In this document: in pieces, positions 13,401 to 26,399 of the stretch | How positions within the stretch are numbered: position 1 is the first letter of the stretch | Layout of the letters: each line of letters starts with the position of its first letter | DNA from: Cyanophora paradoxa CCMP329 | Taxonomy: Eukaryota; Plantae; Glaucophyta | Direction: 5' to 3' | DNA: 64,000 nt | Assembly (NCBI GenBank): GCA_004431415.1 | Contig: QPMI01000615.1 | Coordinates: 161,542 to 225,541, forward strand | The notes under the pieces: generated by a model | Databases searched by the model: none | The model's input: only the letters and a program-made list of their open reading frames with translations | Told to the model about the DNA's origin: nothing | Position numbers and translations under genes: made by a program

Positions 13401-16346
13401 TTGTCGTTGTCTGCAGCTGCAGCTGCAGCTGTATACATTAATATCCCGGTATGTGTATGCATTAATATTTCCCCTCGCGACCGCTCTCGAGAACAATTAA
13501 ACGTGCATGACGCCGCGCGCCGCGGCGCACCCGCTTCAGCGGTGGTGTGCGCGGTACCCGCTTCATCGCTATCGCCGCCCTCGTTTCTTGGTCCCGAGTC
13601 CTCCTCAGCGTCGCCAGCGCCTGTGGACTTCACCCCCCTTCGCTTCTGGGGCTTCTGGGTATCGCCATTGCGCAGGAGAACGTTGTGAGCCTTTCGCGGG
13701 ATGCCCCAGGTCGAATTCAGGGTGGAGCACGAACCGCTGGCCCCCCACCCATTTTGGAGAGAAATTGGCGGACGGCTCGGGAGGCCCATCTTTTATCCCT
13801 GACCCTGGGGACCTGCAGCTTTCCATTGTGTGCGTGCAGCTCTCTGAAGAACTCCTCGTCTTCGTAGTCTGCTCACAATATTAATTGCTTTGAGAGCGCT
13901 GTGAATTCGCGGATGCTTGAAGCGACCGCGAGGCGAAAGCGAACCCGCGATCGGATAGTTCATGTCGCGGCTGGTGAGCTCAGAGGCGCCCCCCTGCTCC
14001 GAGTCGAGCTGCATGCAGACGATGATGAAGCGGTCACGAAGCCGCGCCGCGTCCTTCGTTCCCAGACGTTGTTTGTGAGCCAGAAGCATGGATGCGCGAA
14101 AGGATCGAAGAAACGAATTGACTGTGAAGCACCTCGAGGGAAGCAGAGACGGGGGGCGTCTTGAAATCCATGCCTCTCCAGGCGAAGAAGCCCGGGAGCC
14201 CGTCCTTGTCGATCCGTATCCCCTTGAGGCCGGATGTGTCGGCGGCTGTACCGAAGGGGCGCCGTTATACATAAACAACACGAAATTGAATTTAGAGACG
14301 GGTTCAATTGCAAGGTGTCCGGCTACTGCTGCGTGCATACCTCCTGCGCCACGTGCATCTTCGCGATCTGCCTCGCCCCCGCGGGCATCGGTCTCCTCGA
14401 CTTCCTCCTCTTCTTCTTCCCCTTCCGCGAGCTGTTCCTCCTCCTCTTCCTCCTCCTCGGCGCCGCCGGTCAATTTCCGATCCCGCTTGAGCTTTTTGCG
14501 CTGAAGAAAGGTCTCAAAATGTGCGCATGGCAAAAGGTCCGAGTCCCGGCGTGCACAGCCGCGGCGGGCGCACGACTGCGAGGGTCTGGTAGGCCCCCCG
14601 GTCTTTGAGGAACTGGCGGACCGCAGCGCGGCGGGCTTTATTGGCTGCGTCAGTGCCGGCCGCCCCGAGCTCACGCGCGACGTAGCCCTCCAGCTCGCCC
14701 GCCTGCACGTCGGCGTAGAACTGCTGCTCCGCGTACTCTGGTGCGTTTGCAGCTCGTTACGGTCAGATACACAAATGCGTGTACATGAAAGTACGGGCGC
14801 ATGGCGCACCGGAGCGGGGGAAGTTCAGTTGGGCGTCGGGGATGCGGTCCCGCGGGGGAATGCCGTCGTGCTCGTCCAGCCACTGGCAGCAGATGATCGC
14901 CCGGTCGCGGCAACGGGCCGCTTCCTGAGGTCATGATCATGATCATGGTTAACGTTGTGCACGTGGAAAAGAGGCGCGCGGGCACAACAAGCGCAATCAC
15001 TAGACCGGACCCCGGGCCTCTGAAATGGCGGACCTCAGGATCGCTGGCCCATGCCGTGGAGAAGAACCTGGCGCGCCCGCGCCAGCTGAACTTTCCGAAC
15101 CAGTCGCGCCCGTTGCTGCAGCGGTAGACGCCGTGGAAGCCCGACTCGCCGACTCCGCGACCGTGGCGGCCGCGGGGCCCGTCGTCCCGGTCGACGTCCC
15201 CGCGGTCGGATCCATCCGCCGGATCCGGATCCGAGTCCGAGCTCGAGCTCGAGCTCGAGGGCTCGTCCTCTTCGAGCTCGCCATCGATGTCGTCTTCTTC
15301 ATCCGTGCTTCTATAGCTGGAGGCACGCGCACGCTGGGCGCGAGTGGCAGTGAGATCCTTCAACGCACGGCCCGGGCGGCCATGATCATGACTCGCGATC
15401 GATATCGCTGTGCACCTTGCCATTGCTCGTATTTGCCCGCCGTCGGCGCTTGTACGGACGTCGGCTCGATCTTACGATGACCCCGCGATCCCTGAGGAAG
15501 CGCCGGACGGCATCGCGCTGCTCCTCCAGAGAGCCGGCCCCCTCCGCGTACTCCGCCAGCTTCCCCTCCTGCAGGTCGACGAAGAACACCTCGCCGTCGT
15601 AATCTTTGCGGGGTGAATCAAACGAAAGGGAGTTGATACGAATCGTGCGCGCTGCGTACCTTCGCGGGGGAAGCTGAGCTTGGAATCGGGGATGCGCTTT
15701 CCTGGCCAGTTTGTACTTTGGTCCAGCCACTGGCAGGTGAGAATGAAGCGGTCTCGCGTGCGAAGCGCATCCTGCAAGGGGTTGTAAGCGAAAGGTTGTC
15801 ATTATCAGCAAAACACGCGAATTTGCCTCTCTGTCGTGCACAGTGGGGCAGGTGAACTGCTCTTTGCGCCACGTGAAATAGCCACGGAATCCGCCGTCTG
15901 TGCAAGAGATTCCGGGGGTCGATACCCGTGCACAGCGCTTCGAGTCCTCCAGTTCCTGATCACACGTATAAGATCAGCATGCCATGATCACGATGATCAC
16001 GAGTCCATGACCATCAGCACGACGTATAAAATTAAAATTGGAGGGGGGGGGGGGGGGGGAGGGGAGGGGAGGGAGGGAGGAGTTGGGGGGGAGGGAGGAG
16101 GGGGGGAGGGGAGGGGGGGAGGGGGGGGGGGGGGGCGGGGCGGGGGCGCACCGGCCGCGGTCGGGCTGCACCTGCGCATGCAGCTGCCGGCCTCAAACTC
16201 GCGGAGGGAAGACGTCGGCAGGAACGGTGCGGGACGCTACTCGGTGCTCCCGCGGCCGACAGCGAGCCCCGGGCGGCTGGCTCCGGGTCTAGGGCAGAGC
16301 ATGTATATGCATCCAGATGCGCCTCATCCATGGCCATCGCCAGCAT
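10411..16346 (-). CDS. Multi-exon protein with 4 divergent AP2/ERF-like modules, a long Pro/Ala linker and a C-terminal SAM-like domain (paralog B)
   Basis: Modules: 15950-15430 (GFRGYFTWRK..RE|DALRTRDR..KLSFP); 15140-14560 (FHGVYRCSNGRDWFGKFSWRGR..DPE..ARCRDRAII..AQLNFP); 14260-13700 (GLKGIR..FFAWRG..DAARLRDR..MNYP); 13051-12570 (SSVDEALRFIDRCSIAWCGP..THFP). At ~10970-10680 FLQWRPAVVLEWLADKL|..YRMLRRLALNGPMLLK fits SAM W..V..WL..NG..LL. Both ends approximate. Confidence 0.65.
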
Positions 16347-17364
16347 AGATCAGGCCCTGGCCCGCGCGACCTGAGTCAGTACCAGCGCTGGCGCCCAACG
16401 CCTCTATAGCTAGGCTACGCCTCTGACCAGGCCTTTCTAATAGATATAGGCGCTAGGCTGCGCCGCCGCGCGCTGGCCATATGCATGGCACGTATACGGG
16501 GCACGGACCACGGCGCGGGGGCCGGCCGCCGCATGCGCAGTCGGCGCGAGCCAGCGCGAGCCCGCACCCCGGGGCCGGGGGCCTGGCGCCTGCCAGGCTG
16601 GGCCCGGGAAGTCGATGTCATACCTCGGTGCTGAGCCCCGCGGCGCCGGCCGCGGCCGCGGCCGCGCCGGCGCGCGCCGCGCGGCCCGGCGCCGCCCCGC
16701 GTGTCCCCTCAGGGGCATCAATATGGATCTCTCACCTTCAGCTTGCAGTTGATCCCGCGCGTGGCGCAGCGCCGCGCCGCCAGCTGCAGCACCGGTGCCG
16801 CGGCCGGGGCGTCTCGGCGGACAGGGCCGGCCGCAGGCCGAGTCGGCTCCGTTGCTCACGGCGCCGACCGCTGCCGATCGGCTCGGCCAGCGCTGGTCCA
16901 ATCAGATCGGTGCGACCTTACGCAGAGGCGCGGTTGCGGACCTTGAGCTTGAATGTGCGTTGGCGAGTCAATGCCGACTGCTAGCCTTGATATGTGTCGA
17001 TCGGACGACAGCCTGACCGGCTGGAAGACGTCGACGCGTGGTGGCTTGTGGCTTCGAATCAATGGTGTACCCGGCCGACAACGATCCAGGTCGATCCTGA
17101 TCCCCGCCGATCCAGCCGGCAGCCGGTAGCATTTCTACAGTCTAGCTAACAGAAGCACCAACCTCGCTGTGGCGAATACGTGTGCAGGTTCTTCTCGACA
17201 TTTAGTTGCGCGCCTCCAGTACTAGTGCGACTGGACCGTCAGAACAGGCTCGAACCTCTCCAGCTCCAGTAAGCCTGCCCAGCTGCAGCCCGGACACGGT
17301 GGACACCCCAGATCAGCTCTAGATCTGAGCGTAACCCGCGCCGATCGTTGTCTGGGCGCCCAGC

Positions 17365-19095
17365 ATGTCAGACTCTGAGAGCAGCGGGTCATCGAGTGGC
17401 GTGGACGCGGGGCGCGAGCTCGATGACGGCGAGTACGAGGTGACCGACATGCAGGAGGACACCGACTGGGAGCGCGGCGACGAGACGGAGCTAAAGGTGC
17501 TCGCACGTGAAGGCGCTCGCGCGTGAAGGCGGACCGCTCTAAATCTGCTTTTCTCCTGACGCGAGCGGCGCAGCGGTTCTGGCGCAAGCTGCGCTTCCGG
17601 TCCGAAGGCAAGACGCTGACGATCTTCGCGCCGCCGGCGGGCGCAAGGAAGACGCGGGTGAACGCCGGGGAGGCGGATGATCATGATCTGAAAGATCACG
17701 CGCACGGCTCGTTCGTCCTGCTGAGAACGGACGGCCCGCGGCCGTGGGTCGCCCGCGTCTCGGCGATCATGACTTCAACGAGGCACAAGGAGGGGCGCGG
17801 CAAGTTAAAAAACGACGGCCGCGATCCGGTAAAGATCGGCATCGAATGGTTCTGGTTCCGAGAAGTGCGTTCCCTTGAGCGGACATGGGCGCCGGAGCCG
17901 CATGTGAGCGTCGCCGGGGGCGGCGCAGGATCTGTTCGGCGAAGCGGGCATGAAGCGGGACGGGGTGGATGAGAACAAGGCGTGGACGAACACGCGCGAG
18001 GTGCCGCCGCAGCGGCACGGCCTGCCGAAGTCCCAGGAGCTCTTCTTCGGGCTCGTGCAGCAGCGCTGCGGGGCGGTCGCCCCGTTTGGAGACACGCAGT
18101 CGGCTTTCACCGTGGACGGCCTCGCCACCGTCGTCTCGCCGGACGACTGGCCGCGCGTCGGCGAGCTCGGCGTGCGCCCCCGCGCGGCCGCCGCGCGCGG
18201 CCCTCCGCATCCGCGCCCGCCCCCCCGACGGGCGCCGGCAGGTGGAGAAGGGCAAGGCGTTCTTCTGCTCGCTGGCGGTGGTGCAGCCGGTGCCGGCGAT
18301 CAAGCGGAGCGAGAGGGAGAAGGTGTGGCGCTTCGCGCCGCTCCCCCGAGCTCTCCGGGGCGCCATCCGGCGCGCGGGCGCCCGGCGGCCGCGCGGCGAA
18401 TGAACAAGCGCCGCGCCGGGCGCGGCGGCAGCTCGGCGGCGGCCCCGCGGAGGACAAGGACGATGAGGAGCAGCGCAAGTGCGCCGGCCGCGGCCGCCCG
18501 GCCCCGCCCCGCCCGCCGCGAGCCGGGGCGCCTGAGGAGGCGCGCTGGCGGGCAGGGTAGAGGCGTTCTCGAGGCAGCTCGCGGGGGGCGGTGCGGGGGC
18601 GGCGGTGGTGGCGGCGCTGGAGGCGCTGAGGCAGGGCAGGGCGGGCCGCGGGGCCCCTTCGGGGTGCTCGTGGGCGCCCTGAAGGACGCCGCCGGCGCCG
18701 TCGCCTCGGCGGCGCGCGAGGAGGCGAGCCTGGGGCCCGGCGAGGCCGGCGCCGCGCAGGAGGTGCGCGCCTTCGCCGAGCAGCTGGCGGCGTGCTCGAA
18801 CGCCGAGGTCAGGGGCGGCTTCGCGCTCGTCGCCGCCGGCTGGGCCATCAAGCCCCAGCCGCGCCCGCCGCGCGTCCCGACGCCGGCGGAGCAAAGGGCC
18901 GCCGATTTGATCGCAAAATTGGTCGGGGCTACGCTGGGGGCGGGGGCGGGGCGCGGGGGCGCGCCGGGGAGCTCCGGCTCCTCCTCCGACTCCGACTCGA
19001 GCGCCGGGTCGAGCTCCAGCGCCGCCGGCGCCTCCGCGGCGGACTCCGCCGACGACTCGCCCGCCCCGCCCCCTGCCCGCCGCCCCCGCCGATAG
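17365..19095 (+). CDS. BAH-domain chromatin protein (multi-exon)
   Basis: Spliced: MSDSESS..ELK|RFWRK..GSFVLLRTDGPRPWVARVSAI..IGIEWFWFRE|..QELFF..TVDGLATVV..|..AFFCSL. This follows the BAH pattern (P.VA.I..W(F/Y)..ELF..G...V..FFC). Stop TAG at 19093-19095. Confidence 0.7.
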
Positions 19096-19475
19096 CCCCG
19101 CGCTCCCCGCTACTTCTCTCGTTCCGAATCTTCCGATCCCGCGCTGAAGCTTTTAAGCTATCATAGTATACGTATGGCTGCGCGTATGGTATGTTGGATG
19201 TGAATACATTTTCATCTAAATCTAGATCTGATATTAATCCAAGTACTGCATGCGCAGCTTTAGCTCCAAGCTAAGCAGCCGCAGCCCCCGGCGTGTGTTG
19301 TGCGTGCGCTTCGATCATAGCTTCTGAAATCACGTGCACGAGCACTTGCCGAGTAGGGCTTGTGGCACACCATGCGCGCATGCGAGGTCCCTCTTACTTA
19401 TCTTGGGGGTTCACTGCGGGGGATCCGGATCCGGGGGGGGGGACTGGGGGCGGGAGGGCGCGGGGCGCGTGGGGA

Positions 19476-22400
19476 TTACTTGCGGCCGGCGGGGGCGCGG
19501 CCGGCGGGGCCGGCGCGGCCACCGCGGGGGGCGCCGCGGCCCATGCCGGGGCGGTCCTCGTCGTCGCTGCCGATGTCGCCGTACTGCCACATGTTCGCCT
19601 GCCGGGGCGCCCCCGGGCTCAGGGCGGGGCGGGGGCGGGGCGCGCGAAGGCGGGGGGCGGGGGCGGACGCGGGTGCGCTTGGCCTCGTCCTCCTGCTCGC
19701 GGAGGGCGTCGAGGAGCTCCTTGGGCATGGGGGGCGTCTCCCGCGAGGGCCGCTGCACGCGCGCCAGCCCCTGCCGGATCAGCGTCGCGTTGATGTCGAT
19801 CCCCTGCGCCCCGCCCCGCCCCGCCCGTCAGCGCCGAGGGGGCGGGGGCGGGTGGGGCCGGGGGCGGGGGACCTTGGCCTCGTCGAGGAGGACGGCGTAG
19901 GCGAGGCGCTTGCCCTCGCGGTGCACGACGCGCGCCTTGAGGCGGCGCTCCCACACGAGGCCCTTCAGCACCTCTGCCGCGTCCGCGCCGTAGTCCTCGT
20001 CCACCGCCGGCGCCCGCACCCCCGCCAGCACGCACTCGAACGCTGCCCCCGCGCCCCGTCGCCGGCCTGCCGCGCGGCGCGGCGGGGCGGGGCGGGGCGG
20101 GGCCGCACCCTGCGGGGCGACGGCGGCGAGCTGGGCGTCCAGGGCGCGCACGCGGTCCGCGGGCACGACGTCCGTCTGCGGGCGCGGGGGCGGGCGGCTC
20201 AGCGGGCCGGCCGGCGGGGGCGGGGGCGGGGAGGGGGTCGGGGCGCGCGTTGCCGTAGTCGACGAAGGTGACGCGGTAGCGGCGGGAGTCGCCGTCCTTG
20301 AGGGCCTTGTCGACGCGGGCGCGGTACCACTGGTCGTCCGCGCTGAACTTGGCGGCGACCACCTCACCCTCCCGGAAGGCCGAGGCGGCGTCCAGGGGCG
20401 AGGGCGCCGGGGCCGCCCGCACCGCCAGCGCCGCCAGCTGCTGCTCGATCCACTTGATGGACGAGTCGGCGGGGCGCAGGAAGAGGCGCCCGCCGTCCAC
20501 CACGTCGGCGACCTCCACCTGCAGCTCCTCCGCGGGGCCCGAGCCGTTGCCGGCCGGCTCCTCCGCCGCCGCCGACTCCTCCTCCTGCGGCAGCGTCCAC
20601 AGCTGCCGGCCCCGCGCCGTCGGCACGAGCGGGAGCGCGCGCGCGGCGGGAGGGCGGGGGCACCCGCTTGCGGTCGCGGCGGGCGGCCTCCTGCGCGCGG
20701 GCGAACTCGGAGCGCTCGACGCGGGCGCGGGTGTCGACCTGCGCGGGGCCGGCGGTCAGGCGGGGTGCGCGGGCGCGAACGCGAGGGCAGGGGCGGGGGT
20801 GCGGGCCTTGGCGAGGCCCTCCTCGAGGAGGGCGACGGCGACGTTCTTCTTGGCGACGCTCATGGAGCCGATGAAGGAGCCGAGGCGGTCCTGCCCCTCG
20901 ATCTCGATCTCCGCGTCGTGCTGCATCGCCAGCTGCCGCGAGAACGCCAGCGCCTCGTCCGCGAACGGCTCGCTCTTCGACGACCCGTCCCGGCGCCCGA
21001 CGGCGGGGCAGCGGATGCCCCCGAGGATGAACGAGATGAAGCAGGTCTCGGCCGGGACGTAGAGCTTGAAGCGGTGCCCGTTGGTCACGTACTGCACCAC
21101 GGCGCGCAGCGTGCCCTTGCGCTGCAGGAACGGCAGCATCTGCTTGGCGCGCTCGCGCGACTCGGGGCTGCTCAGGTCGTTCACGTGGTGCGTCGGGGGC
21201 GCCCCGGGCTTGTGCATCCCCTTCTGCGCCCGGATCGCGCTGCGCGGGGGCGTCGGAACGCGGCGCCGGCCTCGCCCCGCCTCGCGCGCTGGCCGCGCAC
21301 TTGTTCTCGGCGGCGAGGAGGGCCTCGTAGTGGACGGAGCGGTCCTCGTCGGTCGGGCGCCGCTTCTGGAGGCGCCCCAGGCCGGCCTCGAGCAGCGCCT
21401 CCCCCACGTTCTTGCCCCCCTCCAGCGTCACCGTCGCGCACGCCAGCTCGATCGGCTGCTCCCGCTCCCCCGACGCCGGGATCGTTCGCATGTACTCCGT
21501 CACCACGTGCACCTTCTTGCCTGCCGCCCCCGCCCCTCGGCCGACGGCGGCGGGGGCGCGGGCGGCCCGGCCGCGGGGGCGCACCGATGAGGGCGGAGCG
21601 GAGGAACTCCTTGGCCTCCCAGCCGTAGGGCTCGTCCTTCATGTCCTTGCGGCCGGTGATGCGCGGGGCGCGGATGTCGGCGAGCGTCACCCGCTTCTCC
21701 GCCGAGCCGTCCAGCACCACGATCGTGTCCCCGCTGGCCACCTCCACCACCTGCCCGCCCCGCTCGCCCACGGGGCCCCGCGGCGCCGCGCGGCGCGGAG
21801 CGGCGCGCCTTGCCCGTGAAGTCGCGGATGGAGGAGGGGACGGCGGCGGCGGCGCCGGCGCCCGGGCGCGGCTGGGGCGCCGACGGCGCGACGAACTCCT
21901 TCCAGAGGCGCAGCTTCTTGTCCTTGGCGCTCCTGCGGCGGCCTCAGCCGGGGCGGCCGGCCGGCCGGCGGGCGGGGCGGGGGCCGCACTTCTCGGCGGC
22001 GCGGAGGGTGTCCACGTTGGGCAGCAGCTTGGCCGACCACTCGACGACCTGCGGGCCGCGCGGCTCGGGGGAGGGCGGGGGGGCGCGGGCGGGGCGCAGG
22101 CGAGGCGGGCCTTGGCGAGGCCGAGGCCGGCGAGCTCCTCGGCGAGGTTGGCGCCCTCGCCGTACTGCAGCGTCCCGAAGAACTTGTTGTTCTTGTCCGC
22201 CCCTGCGCCCCGCCCCCGCCCCCCGTCAGCGGCAGCCGCGGGGCGGCGCGGCGCGGCGGCGGGGCGCGCCGTGGAGGTTGATGCCGACGTCGCGGTGGAG
22301 GACGCGGGCCTCGGTGAAGGCCTGCCGCCGCCCCCTCGGGCCCCGCCCGGGCCGGGGCGGGCGGGGCGCGGGGCGGGGCGGACCTTGGCCTCGTTGGCGA

Positions 22401-23777
22401 AGGGCAGGGCGACGCGGACCTCGCCGGCGCGCCCCGGCTGCTCCGGCGCCAGCTCGGCGCCCTGCGCGGCGGTGAGCGTGCGGGGCGCGGCGGCGCGGGG
22501 AGGGCGCGGGGCGCGCCTCCGTGCCCGGGTCGCCGGGGAGCTTGAAGGTCGGGGCCTGGATGCCGGCCAGGTGGACGGTGACCTGCCCGAGGCCGTGAGG
22601 GGCCGAAGGCGCGGCGGAGAGGGCGCCGGGGGGCGGGCGGGCCATGTGGAAGGAAGGCAGGAGGAGCGCCCGCAGGGTCGAGCCGTCGCGGACCTGCTCG
22701 ATGACCGCTGCGGCGGCGGCGGGCTCGGGGGCGCCCCGAGAAAGGAAAGGAAAGGAGAGGAAAGGAAGGGGGCGGCACCGTGCAGGCGGCGGCCCTTGAG
22801 CTCGTCGAGGAGCGAGTGGGCGTCGTAGTCGTCGTAGTGGACGTCGCGGACGGAGGAGAGCGAGTCGGCGTCCTTGTTCCACAGGCCGCGCTTCTCCTGC
22901 TCCGCCATCTGCTCCGCCTTGACCAGCTCCTCGTAGTCGGGGCTCGCGCTGACCTCCGGGCCCTGCCGCATGCGCTGGACCTTGCACCAGCCGTTCTCGA
23001 CGACCGCCTGGTTGATGTTCTCGCCGCTCTCCGGCGTGATCGTCTGCGCGTTGCCCTCCGGCAGCAGCCAGACGGTCGCGAAGTCGCGCCCGTTGCGCGA
23101 GTAGTCGATGCGGAAGTAGATCGGCTTGCCGATCACCTGCGCGGCGCCGCGCGTCAGACGCGGAGGCATGAGCATCGGAGGAGACCGCGGCCGACCTTGC
23201 GACGGAGGAACTCGCGGCTGGCCCAGGCGTACGGCTGCGAGGACCGGACACGGGGTCGCGTGAGCGCCACCCGCGCGGAGCGCTTGCAGGCGCTAGCGCG
23301 CGAATGACGAGGCACCTCATCACGCCGATCGCGGTTGCCGATGCGAGGGGCCATCAGCGAGGCGAGGTTGATTTGCCTGAATGGAACGCGCCGCGTCACA
23401 GCAGAACGGCAAGCGGGCAGGGTCCCCGCGGTCGAGCCGCCACGCTCGCATTAGCATCGTCAAAGAAGAACCGAACGCACCGCTCGGGAGCCGGGGCGAG
23501 GCCGCTGGCGCCACCGAGACTGTCGAATGGAAAGGAAGACCAGTGTCAGTACGGCGGCGCCGATGGGAGGCCTGCGAGCGCTGCGAACGGTGCACGGGAG
23601 ATGCTCACCCCATGACGAGCATGGTGTCGCCGGAGAGAACGGCCTGCAGTGTGGTCAGCCGCGCGCCTCCAACGTCCGTGTCGTCCCGCGCGGGCGACGC
23701 GACGCCGGACGCTTCTTGTCGGACCCACTCGGACGGGAGCTCACCTTCACGATGCCACGGCCGCGGTTGTTCGCCAT
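19476..23777 (-). CDS. SND1: Tudor staphylococcal nuclease (Tudor-SN/p100), ~22 exons
   Basis: MANNRGRGIVK|AVLSGDTMLVMG..LASLMAPRIG..PYAWASREFLRRK|VIGK. Repeated SN-domain motifs (EVASGDTIVV..ADIRAPR, GHRFKLYVP..LGGIRCP..EPFADEA). Tudor motif VAAKFSADDQWYRARV..FVDYGN. C-terminus MWQYGDI..RK* (TAA at 19478-19476). Confidence 0.95.
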
Positions 23778-23822
23778 CTTGCCCGAACTGAACTGTGGTG
23801 GGGGGGGCTACACGCACAAACC
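23778..23822. promoter_or_regulatory. Minimal interval between the divergent start codons of SND1 and uL1m (putative bidirectional promoter)
   Basis: SND1 ATG at 23777(-) and uL1m ATG at 23823(+) are separated by 45 bp. Confidence 0.55.
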
Positions 23823-25257
23823 ATGCTGCGGCTGGCCTCGGCGGGCCTCAGGGCCGCCGTCGCGCCGGCGGCGCTGCCGCAGTTGGCAAGGGAAGAGGCG
23901 TGCTATGCGCTCTTCGAGGCGCAGCGCGGCCTCGCGACGGCCGCGAAGAAGGTCGGGCCCGCCAGTCCCGCGGCCCATGCTCTGCTGAATACCGCCGCTT
24001 GCCGCCGTGCAGAAGAAGAAGAAGTTCGCCGTCCCGCGGCCCGCGCAGCGGTACGATCTGACGGAGGCCGTGCGGCTCACGAAGGTCCGCCAGGCGGCAC
24101 GGTTGATCGCCTCGCGCCCTGCACTGCCTTCTGATCTCCGTGCAGTGCCTGGCGACCGCGCGATTCGACGAGACGATGAACGTGGCTGTCAACTTGCTGA
24201 TCGACCCCCGCGTCGGCACCAACATTGTGCGCGGCTTCGCCCAGCTGCCCCACGGCACTGGCAAGAAAGTGCGCGTCGCCGTGTTCGCGCGGTGCGCCGC
24301 CCGTCCCGCCCGCCGCCCTCCCGGCGTTCAAGCAGACATCCGACCGCCTCTGGGCGCTGCGCAGCGGCGAGAAGGCGAGCGAGGCCGCAGCGGCGGGCGC
24401 AGACGTCGTCGGCGCCGAGGATCTCGTTGGTGCGCACCGGCCCCTGCGCCGGGCGCGCCAACGGCGTGACGCTGAGCGGCGGGGCGGGGCGCAGCGCAAG
24501 TGAAGGAGGGGAAGATCGAGTTCGACAAGGCGCTGGCGACGCCGGACGTGATGGCCATCGTCGGCCGCGTCGCGCCCGTGCTCGGGCCCCGCGGCCTCAT
24601 GCCCAACCCCAAGATGGGCACCGTGCGCCCCCGGAGCCGGCCGCCCCGGCCCGGCCCCCGCTCAGCCGCCGCGCGGCGCAGGTGACGACGGACATCGCGG
24701 GGGCGGTGCGGGCGGCAAAGGCCGGCAAGGTGGACTTCCGCAACGACAAGGCCGGCATCATCCACGCCGGCCTCGGCAAGGTGCCGAGCCCCCGCGCCCC
24801 CCCGAGCGCCGCGCCCGGGGGCCCCGCCGCTCACGCGGGGGCCGCGCGGCAGGTGAGCTGGCCGGAGGAGAAGCTGGCGGAGAACGTCAAGGAGTTCGTC
24901 GCCGCCCTCCTCCGCGCCCGCCCCGCCGTGCGCCCCGCCCCGCCGCCCCTCGGCAGCCGGCGCGCCTGACCTCGCGCCGGCTCGCGGGGGCAGGCGATCA
25001 CGGGGGAGTACATCGCGAAGGTGACGCTCTCGAGCACGATGGGCGGCGGCGTCTCCGTCGAGCTCGGCTCCATCCACGAGTCCCTCGCCCCCCGCGCCCC
25101 CAAGCGCGCCGCCTCCCCCGCCCCGCCCCGCCGCCCCCGTCGCCGCCCCCGCATGAAGCCCCGCGCCCGTGCTGCGTGCTCGTGCAACCGGACGCGCGTT
25201 CACGCGGAGCGGCCCCTCCTGAGTGCGCGGTCCGGTCCGAGCCTGCCTAGATTTTGA
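23823..25257 (+). CDS. MRPL1: Mitochondrial 50S ribosomal protein L1 (uL1m), multi-exon
   Basis: Bacterial-type L1 motifs [56 protein letters not shown]|[17 protein letters not shown]. The Arg/Ala-rich presequence ending RGLAT suggests mitochondrial targeting. The true stop may be earlier (~25156) if the GC-rich tail has an indel. Confidence 0.9.
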
Positions 25258-26399
25258 TTCTCTAGATCTGGAACTCGCAGGCGCACCTGCGTGCACGCAG
25301 CCCTTCGGGACCTAGGCTTACCGCTTCGAATTCGGGGCCTAGGCCGACCAGGTGTCCACGTCCCCTCGGGCCCAAGCCACAGCTAGCACTCGCTGTCTGC
25401 AGCGCGGCGCCCCGGAGCTGCGCACCCCGCCGCGGCCGGCGCCCTCTCTAGATCTCTAGATCTCGAGCTGTGCGCCCAGAACTAGATCTAGATCTCTGAA
25501 ATCGATTTCGAGCTGTGCGCCCGGAACTCTGCGAAATCGATATCGTATACGTACGCGTGCGCGCGTAAGCTCTAGCTAGCGATCGATCGCCCCCCGGCCC
25601 CGCCCCTCTAGCTATAGCTATAGATCTAGATCTGAATTCGAACACATGTACATATGCATGCGCCTCCCCCCAGCGCCCCCCCCCCCCAAAGAGCGGTGGG
25701 GGGGTACGTGCTGATGCAGAGCGCCGCTTGAGTTTCGAGCCGCGACGTCGACCGACCGTCGGACCTCTTGAGTTTGAGCGCTCGGCGAGAGAGCTGCAGC
25801 GTCGCCGGCGCTGAGTGAAGCAAGAGCCGTCCTGTCAATTGCAAGCGCGCCCGAAGCAATCTCCGGCGCGGGCGATTCTCCGCGCGAGGCGCCGTCAGCG
25901 GTGCATTCTAAAGCGGTTCTGCGCACGTCAAGGTGCGCGGATGCGCGCCGCGCCCGAATGATGTCGGCGTGCGTTTTGACCGCTGCGCATACGCATGATT
26001 ATGCACCTCGTCGTCGATCAGTTCTCGCTGGCATCTCCATCTCTTGCTGCTAAGGCTCCACTCCGGGTCTACTTTCACAACTTTTGCGTGCTCTGACAGG
26101 TGTGTGCGCATGCGGGTCGCGAGTGCGCATGCTGTGCTTAGATCTAGAGCGTGCGAGCTTGAGAACGTTTTAAATCAACCATATGCATGGCCAGTTCTTG
26201 ATCTAGTACTAGTTCTCGTGCTTGCCCGGCACCAATTTGCAAAACCCGAATTCATGGCGCCTCGAGCTCGGCCCGCGGCCGCGCGCGCGCGGCCACGCGC
26301 GCCGACCACGCGCACGTGCACGCGTTTTGAAATTAAACTACGAGCAGATCTAGAAAGAACAAATGAGACGGTCGTTTTCTGGCTCGCGGACGAGCGCAT

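Noticed and set aside
19476-23777. Functional link between Tudor-SN (RNA-silencing associated) and the nearby hairpin-forming foldback
   Set aside because: Proximity alone is not evidence in a eukaryotic genome, and the insertions are recent.
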